From IMG/VR virus record IMGVR_UViG_3300049982_000330, positions 1 to 56,357 of that record: DNA of 56,357 nt; one strand, written 5' to 3'. The DNA is from a virus (lineage: Duplodnaviria > Caudoviricetes). Shown here piece after piece: positions 28,298 through 37,495 of this stretch (the first letter of the stretch is position 1; every line of letters begins with the position of its first letter). The translations under genes and the position numbers were made by a program. The notes under the pieces are model-generated. The model made no database searches and was not told where the DNA came from. It saw only the letters and a list, made by a program, of their open reading frames with translations.

Positions 28298-28536
28298 AGG
28301 CCGAGCGCCGACCGGCCGCCACGGTCACGATCAGCGTCGAGGACCTCGACCGGCTGACGGCGGCAGCTACCACGCTGTTCGGCATCGCCAGCGAGCTCCG
28401 CATCCGCTGGGAGAACGCCGAGATCCAGGCCGGGGGCGTCCCGGACGGCATCAATCCCGCATGGGTCGCGCAGAAGCGCGCCGCCGACGGCGACCAGCTG
28501 GCCGCCCGCCGGGCCTCGAAGGGTGGCGTGCGATGA
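28294..28536 (+). CDS. Hypothetical protein
   Basis: Stop/start coupling on both sides. Confidence 0.6.
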   Translation: MKAERRPAATVTISVEDLDRLTAAATTLFGIASELRIRWENAEIQAGGVPDGINPAWVAQKRAADGDQLAARRASKGGVR

Positions 28537-28697
28537 CCACGGCCGAAGAGATCGCGTTCGTCGACGCCATGACGGCCGACGAGCTGCGCCAGGCGCTGAT
28601 GCACCTGGCCGGGTACTCACCCGACGGGTTCGCCGACGCCATCGCCAAGGTCCAGCGTGACCGCGCCTGGCGTGCCGAGATCGAGGTGTCGAAGTGA
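28533..28697 (+). CDS. Small hypothetical protein
   Basis: ATGA coupling; MTTAEEIAFVDAM... Confidence 0.55.
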   Translation: MTTAEEIAFVDAMTADELRQALMHLAGYSPDGFADAIAKVQRDRAWRAEIEVSK

Positions 28698-29464
28698 AGG
28701 GGGCCCGTGCGATCCGCTGGTCGACGGCGGCCGTCGTGGTGGCGCTCGCGGCCGTCGCCGCCGTGGTGTCCTACCGGCACGCCCTGGAGGTGATCCGCGC
28801 CCACGGCGAGAGCGGGTTCACCGCCTACCTGGTGCCGCTCACGGTCGACGGCCTGATCTACGCGTCATCCATGGTGCTGCTCGACGCCTCCCGGCGCGGC
28901 GTCCGTGTGCCGCCTCTGGCGCGGTGGACGCTCGCTCTCGGCATCGTGGCCACCCTCGCCGCCAACGTGGCTCACGGGCTCGCTCACGGCGTCGTCGGGG
29001 CGGTCGTGGCCGCGTGGCCCGCCGCCGCGTTGGTGCTGTCGTATGAACTGCTGATGGCGCTGATCCGGGGTGCGGCCGTACGGGCGACTGTCCAGAATTG
29101 GACAGTCGAGGCGGTAGCCGCACCCGTGGCCCGGGTGCCGGTGAGTCGCGAGGTGTACGACTGGGCAGCCGAGCGGGACCTGTTCGACTCCGTCGCGGCC
29201 GATGCACCCGGCGCTGTACCCGCCGACGGGCCGCCCGCCGTGGACGTACCCGGCGATGCACCCGAGGCCGACCCCGATCCCGAGTGCGCACCCGGCGACG
29301 TACCCGAGCGCGATCCGCTGTACCCGGAGGCCGTTCGCTTGTACCTCGGCGACGTCGCGAGCGGCGCCGTCCCGCCGCTGCGAGCCATCAAGGCCGACCT
29401 CGGTATAGGCCAAACCAAGGCGCAACAGGTGCAGGGCTATCTACGGACGCTCGCCGCGAGCTGA
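28694..29464 (+). CDS. DUF2637-like membrane protein with C-terminal HTH
   Basis: AAVVSYRH, PLTVDGLI, TLAANVAH, VAAWPAAAL; C-terminal PPLRAIKADLGIGQTKAQQV. Confidence 0.8.
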   Translation: MKGARAIRWSTAAVVVALAAVAAVVSYRHALEVIRAHGESGFTAYLVPLTVDGLIYASSMVLLDASRRGVRVPPLARWTLALGIVATLAANVAHGLAHGVVGAVVAAWPAAALVLSYELLMALIRGAAVRATVQNWTVEAVAAPVARVPVSREVYDWAAERDLFDSVAADAPGAVPADGPPAVDVPGDAPEADPDPECAPGDVPERDPLYPEAVRLYLGDVASGAVPPLRAIKADLGIGQTKAQQVQGYLRTLAAS

Positions 29465-29473
29465 ACGAGTCGA

Positions 29474-29511
29474 GCAGAATGCCCCGCCGGTCGACCGGCG
29501 GGGCATTCTGC
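29474..29511. terminator. Perfect 38-bp palindrome / terminator
   Basis: GCAGAATGCCCCGCCGGTCGACCGGCGGGGCATTCTGC. Confidence 0.75.
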
Positions 29512-29539
29512 GTTCCGGGGTAAGGAGTCTTCAAGGCTC

Positions 29540-29594
29540 TTGACAGCACTCCGGAGGAGGCTGACGATGCGCTGGTCCGAGAAATCTCCGGAAA
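29540..29594 (+). promoter_or_regulatory. Putative promoter and operator
   Basis: TTGACA-N17-GACGAT followed by AGAAATCTCCGGAAA, a motif repeated at 31195. Confidence 0.55.
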
Positions 29595-29616
29595 CACTCA
29601 GGAGAGGGAAAGATCG

Positions 29617-29832
29617 ATGCGCCTACAGTTCCTTGGCAAGGAAACCGACGGCGGTAACTCCCCTACGCTGTGGGACACCGACGGCGACGAGTACGTGATC
29701 CAGGGCTTTACGGTGACCGACGCCGAGGCCCTCGCGGACATCGGCGCCGTTCCTGATGGGGAGCTGATAATCCGCATCCCCAAGCGCCTGATGGACCACC
29801 TGCCGAAGGAGACACATGGACCTGCTGACTAA
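29617..29832 (+). CDS. Small protein of the DUF6879/XRE cassette
   Basis: MRLQFLGK...SPTLW...YVIQG pattern; RBS. Confidence 0.8.
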   Translation: MRLQFLGKETDGGNSPTLWDTDGDEYVIQGFTVTDAEALADIGAVPDGELIIRIPKRLMDHLPKETHGPAD

Positions 29833-30343
29833 GGAGGAATTCCAGCAGAGATTCCACGGGTCGAAGCGGGCCTTCCACCTCGAACTACGGGACGCCTACA
29901 ACGTCACCGCCGAGGATGAGCCGTTCCGGAAGTGGCAGGCCGGCGAGTACGACGACCACGCGTGGCGGCGCCCGTGGCAGGCATTCATTCGCCAGGTGAC
30001 AGGCGCCGGCTGCGCGATGCAGCGGGTCAGGGTCGTCACCGTGCCCCATGCGCGCTACACGCGATGGCTGCTCGACATCGCCGGCGACAACGTTGAGGCC
30101 GGGGAGGACATCCGATACCTGCCACGACACCTCGCCGCGGACATCGACTTCCCCCCGGAGGACTGCTGGTTGTTCGATGACGACCAGCTGGTGCTCAGCG
30201 TGTTCCCGGGCGACGGCCGGGCCGGTGCGTTCGTCGCCGAGACCGATCCCGACCTGATACGCAGGTACCTGATCGCCCGCGATCTGGTGTGGGAGCGCGC
30301 GATCCCGCACGCCGTTTATGTTCACGCGCAGCGCCGCGCCTGA
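29816..30343 (+). CDS. DUF6879-like protein
   Basis: AFHLELRDAY, RVRVV, NVEAGEDIRYLPR and DCWLFDD motifs. Confidence 0.85.
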   Translation: MDLLTKEEFQQRFHGSKRAFHLELRDAYNVTAEDEPFRKWQAGEYDDHAWRRPWQAFIRQVTGAGCAMQRVRVVTVPHARYTRWLLDIAGDNVEAGEDIRYLPRHLAADIDFPPEDCWLFDDDQLVLSVFPGDGRAGAFVAETDPDLIRRYLIARDLVWERAIPHAVYVHAQRRA

Positions 30344-30358
30344 TTCGCCGCTTCGACC

Positions 30359-31195
30359 GTGTCACAGCCGACCGACCAGGCCCGCCAGGCGCTAGGTTCC
30401 CGCCTCCGTGAGATGCGCCAGGACGCGCGGCTCACGGGCCGGGAGCTCGCCGCGCGAGCCGGTTGGCGGCCCCCGAAGGTGTCCAAGCTGGAGCACGGGC
30501 AGCAGAACGCCAGCGAGGAGGACATCCGTACCTGGTGCCAGGTGTGCGGCGCGCGGGACCAGATCCCTGAGCTGATCGCCACGGTGCGCGCGATCGAAGC
30601 GCAGTACATGGAATGGCGACGACAGATGCGGGGAGGTCAACGCCGCGTCCAGAGCGTGCTCCGCGCCGAGGATCTCTCCACCCGCCTGTATCGGATCTTC
30701 GAGCCGTTCCACATCCCCGGCTTCCTCCAGACCCGCGATTACACCCGGGTCATCATGGCGCGCAGTGCCCATTTCTACGAGGCACCGAACGACCTGGAAG
30801 CCGCTGTAGCGGCCCGTCTGGGGCGTCAGACCATTCTTCGAATGGGTGACCGCCGGTTCCACATCGTCGTGGCCGAGCAGGCCCTGTACACCCAAGTGGG
30901 CGGCCCTGAGGTGATGCGCGGCCAGCTCGCCCACCTCCTGGACGAGATGGCCGCGCTGCCCCGGCTGCGTCTCGGCGTCGTTCCCCGCGCCGCCGACTAC
31001 GAGCTCGGCCCCCACGCGGGTTACTGGATCTTCGACGCGCGGCTGGTCATGACGGAGACGGTCACGGCCGTTCTGAACGTCACCCAGCCGCGAGAGGTCG
31101 CCATGTATGAGCGGCACTTCGACGGAATAGCGGGCCTCGCGGTGTACGGCCAGGCGGCCGCTGCCCGAATTACGGCAGCGAGCGAAGCTCTCTAA
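30359..31195 (+). CDS. XRE HTH plus DUF5753-type regulator
   Basis: LREMRQDARLTGRELA...VSKLEHG; IPGFLQT.DY; EQAL. Confidence 0.9.
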   Translation: MSQPTDQARQALGSRLREMRQDARLTGRELAARAGWRPPKVSKLEHGQQNASEEDIRTWCQVCGARDQIPELIATVRAIEAQYMEWRRQMRGGQRRVQSVLRAEDLSTRLYRIFEPFHIPGFLQTRDYTRVIMARSAHFYEAPNDLEAAVAARLGRQTILRMGDRRFHIVVAEQALYTQVGGPEVMRGQLAHLLDEMAALPRLRLGVVPRAADYELGPHAGYWIFDARLVMTETVTAVLNVTQPREVAMYERHFDGIAGLAVYGQAAAARITAASEAL

Positions 31196-31321
31196 GAAAT
31201 CTCAGGAAATCTCGTTGAGTGTGACGCGTGTGCCTGCCGACGATCGGGGGGACGAAAGGCGGGCCCGCCTGGCGCTGATGACGACCAGACGAGCCCTTGA
31301 TCGGACGCGGAGGTCCGACCC

Positions 31322-31531
31322 ATGGCACACCTTAAAGCCACCTCAGTGGACGCGCCCCCAGGATGGCGGGTGTTCCGAAGCGATAAGGGCCGCTTCTGGG
31401 CCACCCGCGAGGAGCCCTACCCCGAGCCCGAGCAAACCGCGTGGCGGACCGTGGACGCCGACGACTTGACCACGCTGTGCCGGACCATCGCCGAGCAGGA
31501 GAGCCGAGCCGAGCTGGGAGCGTCATCATGA
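31322..31531 (+). CDS. Small hypothetical protein
   Basis: GGAGG RBS; GWRVFRSDKGRFWATR...RTVDADD. Confidence 0.7.
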   Translation: MAHLKATSVDAPPGWRVFRSDKGRFWATREEPYPEPEQTAWRTVDADDLTTLCRTIAEQESRAELGASS

Positions 31532-31809
31532 GCGAGTCCGATCTCCACGTCGTGGACACCGACCAGATCAGGGAACAGAAGATCGCCGCCCTGGCCCAGA
31601 CCTACCCGGCGTGGCAGATCCGGTTCGTCGGATCCACCATCGCGGGCCCCATGGGCTGGTGGGCCATGCGGCACGCTCCGCTGACCGAGGCCCAGCGCGC
31701 GGCCGGCCTGGTGCCGTCCATCGCCCGCGGCGACATCGTGTCCCTGGTGATGGAACTCGACGTCCAGGATCAGATCGCCCATCGGACCGGCTACGCGGCC
31801 CGCCCATGA
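31528..31809 (+). CDS. Hypothetical protein
   Basis: ATGA coupling; YPAWQI...WWAMR. Confidence 0.65.
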   Translation: MSESDLHVVDTDQIREQKIAALAQTYPAWQIRFVGSTIAGPMGWWAMRHAPLTEAQRAAGLVPSIARGDIVSLVMELDVQDQIAHRTGYAARP

Positions 31810-32159
31810 GCAGGCCCGGCGGTCGTCCCGCTTCCCAGGTGGAACCCGCCGGGCCGCCGCCGTGCCCAGCGTGGTGCGACTTCCAGCACTCCGAGACTGA
31901 GCCGAGCTGGCGCTGGTACTGGCGCACACATCTCGGCATGGGTCGTACGGTGCCGCTGACGGCGATGCCTTCGGTGGCCAGCCACATCCCGATGCTGATG
32001 TACGACCTCATCCAGCAGCCCGACGGCGAGCCGATGATCCGGATGCGCCGCGACGGCCGTCCGCTGGTGCGGCTCACCTCCGGCGAGGCTCAGCGCCTCG
32101 CCATGGGCCTGGTCGCGCTCGTCGACCAGGCCCGCGCGGAGGCCGAGGGCAGGGCATGA
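31806..32159 (+). CDS. Second CPxWC-motif protein
   Basis: CPAWCDFQH...H; LTSGEAQRLA. Confidence 0.6.
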   Translation: MSRPGGRPASQVEPAGPPPCPAWCDFQHSETEPSWRWYWRTHLGMGRTVPLTAMPSVASHIPMLMYDLIQQPDGEPMIRMRRDGRPLVRLTSGEAQRLAMGLVALVDQARAEAEGRA

Positions 32160-32265
32160 GCGCGCATGCCAGCACCCCGGTTCAAGGGACCTGCTCGTCT
32201 CGTGGCGGCCGAACGCTCGGCCCGCATGGACGGCCCCGGGCGCGGCCGGGCCGCCATGGTCGCGG

Positions 32266-32574
32266 TCATGGCGGGGGCGGGCCGTGGTGCTCGGTGAAGA
32301 AGCGGAGCTCCTCCCACGCCTCCGGGTCCAGCGCGGCGGCCTCGTTGAGCACCTCAGCGAGCAGGCGGCGGGGCAGGCCCGACTCTTCCCACACCGCCCC
32401 GCACGAGCACCGTACGTAGCTCGGATCGTCGCCTGTCTCGTCGAGCAGCACCGACACGGTGAGGATGTGCCGCTCACCGCAGGCCGGACAGCCGATGGGG
32501 CCGTTCAGCCCGATGGCCCCGTTCACCAGGTGCAGGGTGACCTGGGTGATCTGGTGTTCTGCGTGCCCGCTCAC
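32266..32574 (-). CDS. Zinc-ribbon protein coupled to the satellite TMP
   Basis: CPACG...CSCG; GTGA overlap. Confidence 0.65.
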   Translation of the reverse strand: MSGHAEHQITQVTLHLVNGAIGLNGPIGCPACGERHILTVSVLLDETGDDPSYVRCSCGAVWEESGLPRRLLAEVLNEAAALDPEAWEELRFFTEHHGPPPP

Positions 32575-35500
32575 CTCGAACCTCGTTCGACTTGGCGCAG
32601 CCCCTCGCGGATCTGCATGAGGATCTCCCGCCCCGCCACGGTGTGGTTCTCGAAGTTGAGCTTGGCCCCGTTGATGTTGAGCACGAAGTCTCCCTGAATG
32701 GTCGGGCCGCCTCCACGGCCGCTACTTGACGAGGTGCTCACGCTGGCGCCGGACACACTCAACGTCGACCCGCCGGAGGTCGCGAGCGCCGGCCCGCCCC
32801 CGCCGGCGAACCCGAACGTCGGTTGTATGTCCATGGTGGCCATGTCGGCCATGCCGCGAACGGCGTCGAGCACGTGCCCGTACCCGCCTTGGATGCCGCT
32901 GGCCAGGCCCATGGGGATGAACTTGCCGATCGCGGCGAACACCTTGGACGGCGAGGCGATGCCGAGGATCTTCTTGGCCCAGTCGGGCAGCAGGGCGCCG
33001 AACAGGTTCCCGATCTGCTGCTTGAACCAGTTCCACATGCCGACGATGCCGTTCCACAGCCCCGTGATCATGTTGTGGCCAAGCGTGCCGAACATGCCGG
33101 CGAGGTCGCCGATCGCGCCGAGGATCAACCCGGGCAAGCCCTTGAGCCAGGTCACCAGGTCGTTGAACTTGCTGATGGCCCAGTCCTTGGCCTTGCCGAA
33201 CCACTCGGCGAACATGGCGGGCAGGCCCGAGATCCACTTGACGATCCCGTTGACCAGGTCGGGAATGATGCTGTGGCCGATCAACGTGTCGTACAACCAG
33301 GTGAACCAGCCGACAATGGTTTTGATCTTGTCGGCGATGTCGGCGGCGAATGTCGTGATGGCCGGGATGACCACCCCAAGGATCACGCCGACGAGCTTCA
33401 CGAACATGATTTGGACCGGCGCCCACAGCCTGATCAACTCGGCGACCATCGGCAGCATCGGCGTCATCGCGGTGATGAGCTGGACGGCGGCGCCTGCCAG
33501 CTGCACCACGACCGGCGCCAACACCTTGATCCACTCGGCCATGACCGGCAGCAGCGCCTTCACGAGCTCACCCACCACCGGCAGGATCGGCGTGAGCGCT
33601 GTGATCAGCGACAGGAACGCGCCGATCAAGCCAGGCAGCAAGGGGGCGAGCTCCTGCAGATACTTCACCAGCGCCAACCCGATGGTTTGCGCGAGCTCCG
33701 ACAGCACCGGCAGCAGCGGCACGACGGCCTGCACCAGCAGCGAGAGCCCGGTCACGAAGTTCGTCGCGATCAATCCGGCGATCTGCGCGATGATCGGGAT
33801 CAGCGGGGTGATAGCCGGGACCAGCCCGGACACCAGTTGGGTGATCAGTGCGGCGATCTGCGGGAGCAACGGTGCGAGCGCCGGAACCAGGGCGTTGATC
33901 AACGTCGCGGCCAAGCCGAAGATCAGCGGCACGATCGGCGACAACGCGACCACGGCCTGCGCAAACGCCCCGACGAGCAGCTGAATCGACGGCAGAATCG
34001 CGATGATCCCCGACGCCAGGCTCGTGGCGATCAGCAGCACCAGCTGGCCGAGCACCGGCAGCAGCGGGGCGAACGCGGGCACCAGCTGGCCGATGACCGT
34101 TGCCGCCAGCCCGATGATCAGCGGGATGATCGGGGCGAGGGCGGTCAGCATCGAGGCGAACCCGCCGACGAGGACCTGAATCGGGCCCAACATCGCCTGC
34201 ATCCCGGCGGCCAGGCTGGAGGCGATCAGCGTGGCCAGCTGGGAGATCACGGGCAGCAGCGGGGACAGGGACTGCAGGATCTCGCCGAAGACGCGGACCA
34301 TCAGCTGGATCGACGGCAGCATCGCCTGTACGCCTGCAGCAAGCGTGGTGGCGATCAAGGCCGCGAGCTGGCCGACCACCGGTAGCAGAGGCGCGATGGC
34401 TGCGAGGATCCCGCCGAGCGCTGCTCCGATCGGGGCGAGCGCCGGCGCGAGCGACGCGAAACCCGTAGCCACCGCGCCGATGAACGCCTGCAAGCCGGGC
34501 AGGATCGCTGCGATGGCGGGACCGATGGCGGCGATCAGGGGCTGCACGGACGCGAAAGCGGCGCCGATGGCCTGACCGAGGGGAAGCATCGCGGGCGCCA
34601 GGGCGGCGACCGCCTGGCCGATGCCGGCGAACACCGCGATCATCCCCGGGCCGATCGCCGCGACGGCGGGACCGAGCGCGGTGATCGCCGTGGCGAGCAC
34701 CGGGCCGACCATTTGAGCCAGCTGTGCGATGACGGGGGCGAGCTGGGCGATGACGCCCACAACGGCGGTGATCACCGGCAGGAACGATTTGGCGATGGCG
34801 CTCAGCGCGGTGAACACCGCGACCAGCGTTGACTGGCCCTGCGCTGATTTGAGGAACTGGTTCATCCCGTCGAGCAGCTGGCCGATGACGCCGAGTGCGC
34901 TCGCGCCAGAGGCCTGCATGGCGGTGAAGACCGACCGCACGATGCCGCCGACGTCGCCGACGATCGAGCCGAGCTGCTTGAAGACCAGCAGGGCGTTGTC
35001 CATCCATTGCAACGCCTGACCGCTCGCCGCGGCGTTGTACATGAACAGGCCGAACCGCTGCGCCACGGCGGCGATCCCGGGCGCCAGGGCGGCCAGCCAT
35101 CCGGCGCCGACCACACCGAGGTCTCTGAAGCCGTTGAGCAGGGGCGTCAGGGCGGGGATGAAGGCGGTCACCGCGTCATGCAGCGAGGTGAACACGCTGC
35201 GGATCGCCCAGATCGACTCCGATGACCGGGCGAATTCGAGGACCTTCAGCGCGGCCTGGCCGAACTGGCCGGCCACGCTCTCCACCCCGTCGGTCAGGGC
35301 GTTGAGGACGGGCAGCAGCGACCACATCTGGCCGACCAGCGGCCCGAACAGGGCATCCTGAGCGGCGAACTTGAGGCCCTGGAAAGCGGGCGCCATTTGG
35401 AAGAGCTCGTACGCCACCTGGCCGGCGGATGCGCCCAGCCCGGCGGCGGCCGTCATGAACTTGTCGAAATCGCCGGAGATGGCGGCCGCGAAAGCGTCCC

Positions 35501-35975
35501 CGACGCCGCTCAATGCGAGCTTCAGGGTGCCCAGCGCGGCGGCGCCGAGCAGTATCCCTCCCGGCAGAGCGGCGAGGATCCCCACAGCGGGCGCCAGCGC
35601 GGACACCAGGCCGATCGCACCTGAGCCGGCCGTGGCCATCGCAGCCGACAGGACGGCCATCTTCGCCGCGGCGGTGACCAGCGAGACGCCCACACTGACC
35701 AGCGAGCCCACGAAGCTCGCGACGTGGGAGGTTGCCTGGGAGACAGCCGTACTCAGGAGGGCGAACACGGCGCCGATGCCGCTGGAGCCACTGCCGAGAC
35801 GGAGGAAGCCCGCGTTCATCGAGCTCGAGATGCCGTCGAGGCTGCGGAAGCTGCGCTCGGTCCTGTCCGCCTGCCGCGCGACCTTCTCCAGGTCTCGGTT
35901 CACCTTGCCAATCCCGCGATCGGTGTCAGCCATCACCCCAAGGCGGATCATGAGGTTCTTGATTGAGTTCGCCAT
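32571..35975 (-). CDS. Tape measure protein (satellite copy, 1134 aa)
   Basis: True start ATG 35975 with AGAAAGGG RBS; collinear with the helper TMP. Confidence 0.93.
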   Translation of the reverse strand: MANSIKNLMIRLGVMADTDRGIGKVNRDLEKVARQADRTERSFRSLDGISSSMNAGFLRLGSGSSGIGAVFALLSTAVSQATSHVASFVGSLVSVGVSLVTAAAKMAVLSAAMATAGSGAIGLVSALAPAVGILAALPGGILLGAAALGTLKLALSGVGDAFAAAISGDFDKFMTAAAGLGASAGQVAYELFQMAPAFQGLKFAAQDALFGPLVGQMWSLLPVLNALTDGVESVAGQFGQAALKVLEFARSSESIWAIRSVFTSLHDAVTAFIPALTPLLNGFRDLGVVGAGWLAALAPGIAAVAQRFGLFMYNAAASGQALQWMDNALLVFKQLGSIVGDVGGIVRSVFTAMQASGASALGVIGQLLDGMNQFLKSAQGQSTLVAVFTALSAIAKSFLPVITAVVGVIAQLAPVIAQLAQMVGPVLATAITALGPAVAAIGPGMIAVFAGIGQAVAALAPAMLPLGQAIGAAFASVQPLIAAIGPAIAAILPGLQAFIGAVATGFASLAPALAPIGAALGGILAAIAPLLPVVGQLAALIATTLAAGVQAMLPSIQLMVRVFGEILQSLSPLLPVISQLATLIASSLAAGMQAMLGPIQVLVGGFASMLTALAPIIPLIIGLAATVIGQLVPAFAPLLPVLGQLVLLIATSLASGIIAILPSIQLLVGAFAQAVVALSPIVPLIFGLAATLINALVPALAPLLPQIAALITQLVSGLVPAITPLIPIIAQIAGLIATNFVTGLSLLVQAVVPLLPVLSELAQTIGLALVKYLQELAPLLPGLIGAFLSLITALTPILPVVGELVKALLPVMAEWIKVLAPVVVQLAGAAVQLITAMTPMLPMVAELIRLWAPVQIMFVKLVGVILGVVIPAITTFAADIADKIKTIVGWFTWLYDTLIGHSIIPDLVNGIVKWISGLPAMFAEWFGKAKDWAISKFNDLVTWLKGLPGLILGAIGDLAGMFGTLGHNMITGLWNGIVGMWNWFKQQIGNLFGALLPDWAKKILGIASPSKVFAAIGKFIPMGLASGIQGGYGHVLDAVRGMADMATMDIQPTFGFAGGGGPALATSGGSTLSVSGASVSTSSSSGRGGGPTIQGDFVLNINGAKLNFENHTVAGREILMQIREGLRQVERGSR
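33775..35642. repeat. About 1.9-kb direct repeat of 10074-11941 (offset 23,701)
   Basis: Identical shadow ORFs at constant offset; scattered substitutions mostly toward the high-coordinate end. Confidence 0.9.
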
Positions 35976-35977
35976 CG

Positions 35978-36223
35978 TCACCCTTTCTCTGGTTCTCGTC
36001 GGGCCACCTGCCGGCTCGCTCGGGCGCACTCCTGCGAGCACGTGCGCCGACGGCGGCCACCCGACCAGGTGGCCTCGAAGGTCTGGCCGCACACCGAGCA
36101 CGTCGCCTCGTGCCGCGCGCGACGGCACGGCCGGCAGACCCGCAACCCGGCGGGCAGCGAGGTGCTGGTCGACCAGAGCAGGACGCCGCACATCGCGCAC
36201 GGGACATCGGGCCGCCGAGCCAT
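35978..36223 (-). CDS. Multi-CxxC zinc-finger protein
   Basis: CAMC, CRPC, CSVC, CSQEC; GGAGG RBS before ATG 36223. Confidence 0.65.
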   Translation of the reverse strand: MARRPDVPCAMCGVLLWSTSTSLPAGLRVCRPCRRARHEATCSVCGQTFEATWSGGRRRRTCSQECARASRQVARREPEKG

Positions 36224-36301
36224 CCCGTCACCTCCCTGTCGCCGACTACGCCGGGTGACCAGCACGCGGTCACTCTGTGCCATCTCTTCGCCCTCACTCT
36301 G

Positions 36302-36436
36302 AGTGATGATCTTGAGGCCGATTACTCTGTGAAGTGGGGAGGGAAAAGGGCGCTAAGGGCGCGGGTCCCCCGTGATCGTTGATCTACGTCGCGAGGGTGC
36401 CCCCTCCGGCGCTATGACCTGCGAAAACGTCGCCGC
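36302..36436. repeat. Satellite copy of the putative cos/packaging site
   Basis: 132/135 identical to 46227-46361, same orientation, non-coding. Confidence 0.85.
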
Positions 36437-36964
36437 ATTGTCGCTGAGGGTCGATTGCATGCTGTTTATATGTTTGATCTTCGTCACTGAGCGTGTTTGG
36501 CGCAGTGTCACGTAACGTCATCACTTACGTCATCGCTTACGTGTTGATCTTCACGTTGTTTGCGTTGTGTGATCGGTGACTGGCTGGCCACCGCGCCATC
36601 CGCACCGCTCGGCCTCGGCTCGCGCGCATCAGCACGACGTGACGCTGTCGCGCCAGGTATGCACAGATGATCACGACTGCGAGACGCGTGAGCAGCGAGC
36701 GTCGAGCGGCGACTGTGGAAGCACGATCGCTGTGACGTACATCGTCGGCTGATGCATCGAGCTGCGTGTGATCGCTGTGTGCGAGCCATGGTGGCTGTGG
36801 TGGATAGGTGGCAGAACCGATGCTGATCAGCTCGGCGGGCGCGGTGTTCGAGCGTGACCGGCAGCGCCTGTGCCGCGTGCGGCTCGGCCGCCAGGAGGAC
36901 AGGGCCCACCGAGTGTGCCGGGCCCCCAAAGGTCGCCACCGCTCATTGGCGAATGGGCCCCGGG

Positions 36965-37495
36965 TCATGCCGTCTCCCGTGCGGCGGCCCGACGCTCGAG
37001 GTGGCACCGCTCCTCAATCCGGATCAGGGTCCGGCGTGCTGCCCCGAGGCGCTCGCCCGCCGCGCTCCGCGCCCTGTAGAGCCGACTCTCCGCAGCTTCC
37101 AGGACGTGACGCCGTGCCTGTGTGGGTTCCCTCGCGGGGTAGTCCGCCGGGGAGAGCATTGCGCCCCTCGGCCCCGTGTTCGCCCCCGCGGCCGTGGCCT
37201 CGATCAGCGCCCGTTGGTGCGCCATATCGGCCATGGTGTAGCTCGCGAGCGCCTCGTCGACGGCCTGCTGCGCCTCGGCTATCTGCGGCGCGAACCGGTC
37301 GATCACCTCCTGCTCGGCCTCGCCGATCGGGTCCGGCGCCGGACCGAGCAGCTTGCTCGGGTCGATGACCAACCCGTCGCGCCAGCAGAACCAGCCCGAG
37401 GGCATCGGGCGGCACCGCTTGGCCCCATATCCGACCGGCCTCCCGCAGCGATGGCACCGCTCGCTCGCGGCCTTGTTCTCGGCTGACAGCCTCAC
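36965..37495 (-). CDS. Hypothetical protein (Cys motif plus helical region)
   Basis: GTGA coupling to the upstream gene. Confidence 0.55.
   Translation of the reverse strand: MRLSAENKAASERCHRCGRPVGYGAKRCRPMPSGWFCWRDGLVIDPSKLLGPAPDPIGEAEQEVIDRFAPQIAEAQQAVDEALASYTMADMAHQRALIEATAAGANTGPRGAMLSPADYPAREPTQARRHVLEAAESRLYRARSAAGERLGAARRTLIRIEERCHLERRAAARETA

Noticed and set aside
33775-35642. Diversity-generating retroelement template/variable repeat
   Set aside because: No reverse transcriptase, the repeat is far too long, and the differences are not adenine-specific
36965-36979. 15-bp match TCATGCCGTCTCCCG to the end of the helper TMP (8843-8857)
   Set aside because: Short, explainable as a shared RBS plus ATGA coupling signal or chance; no flanking homology
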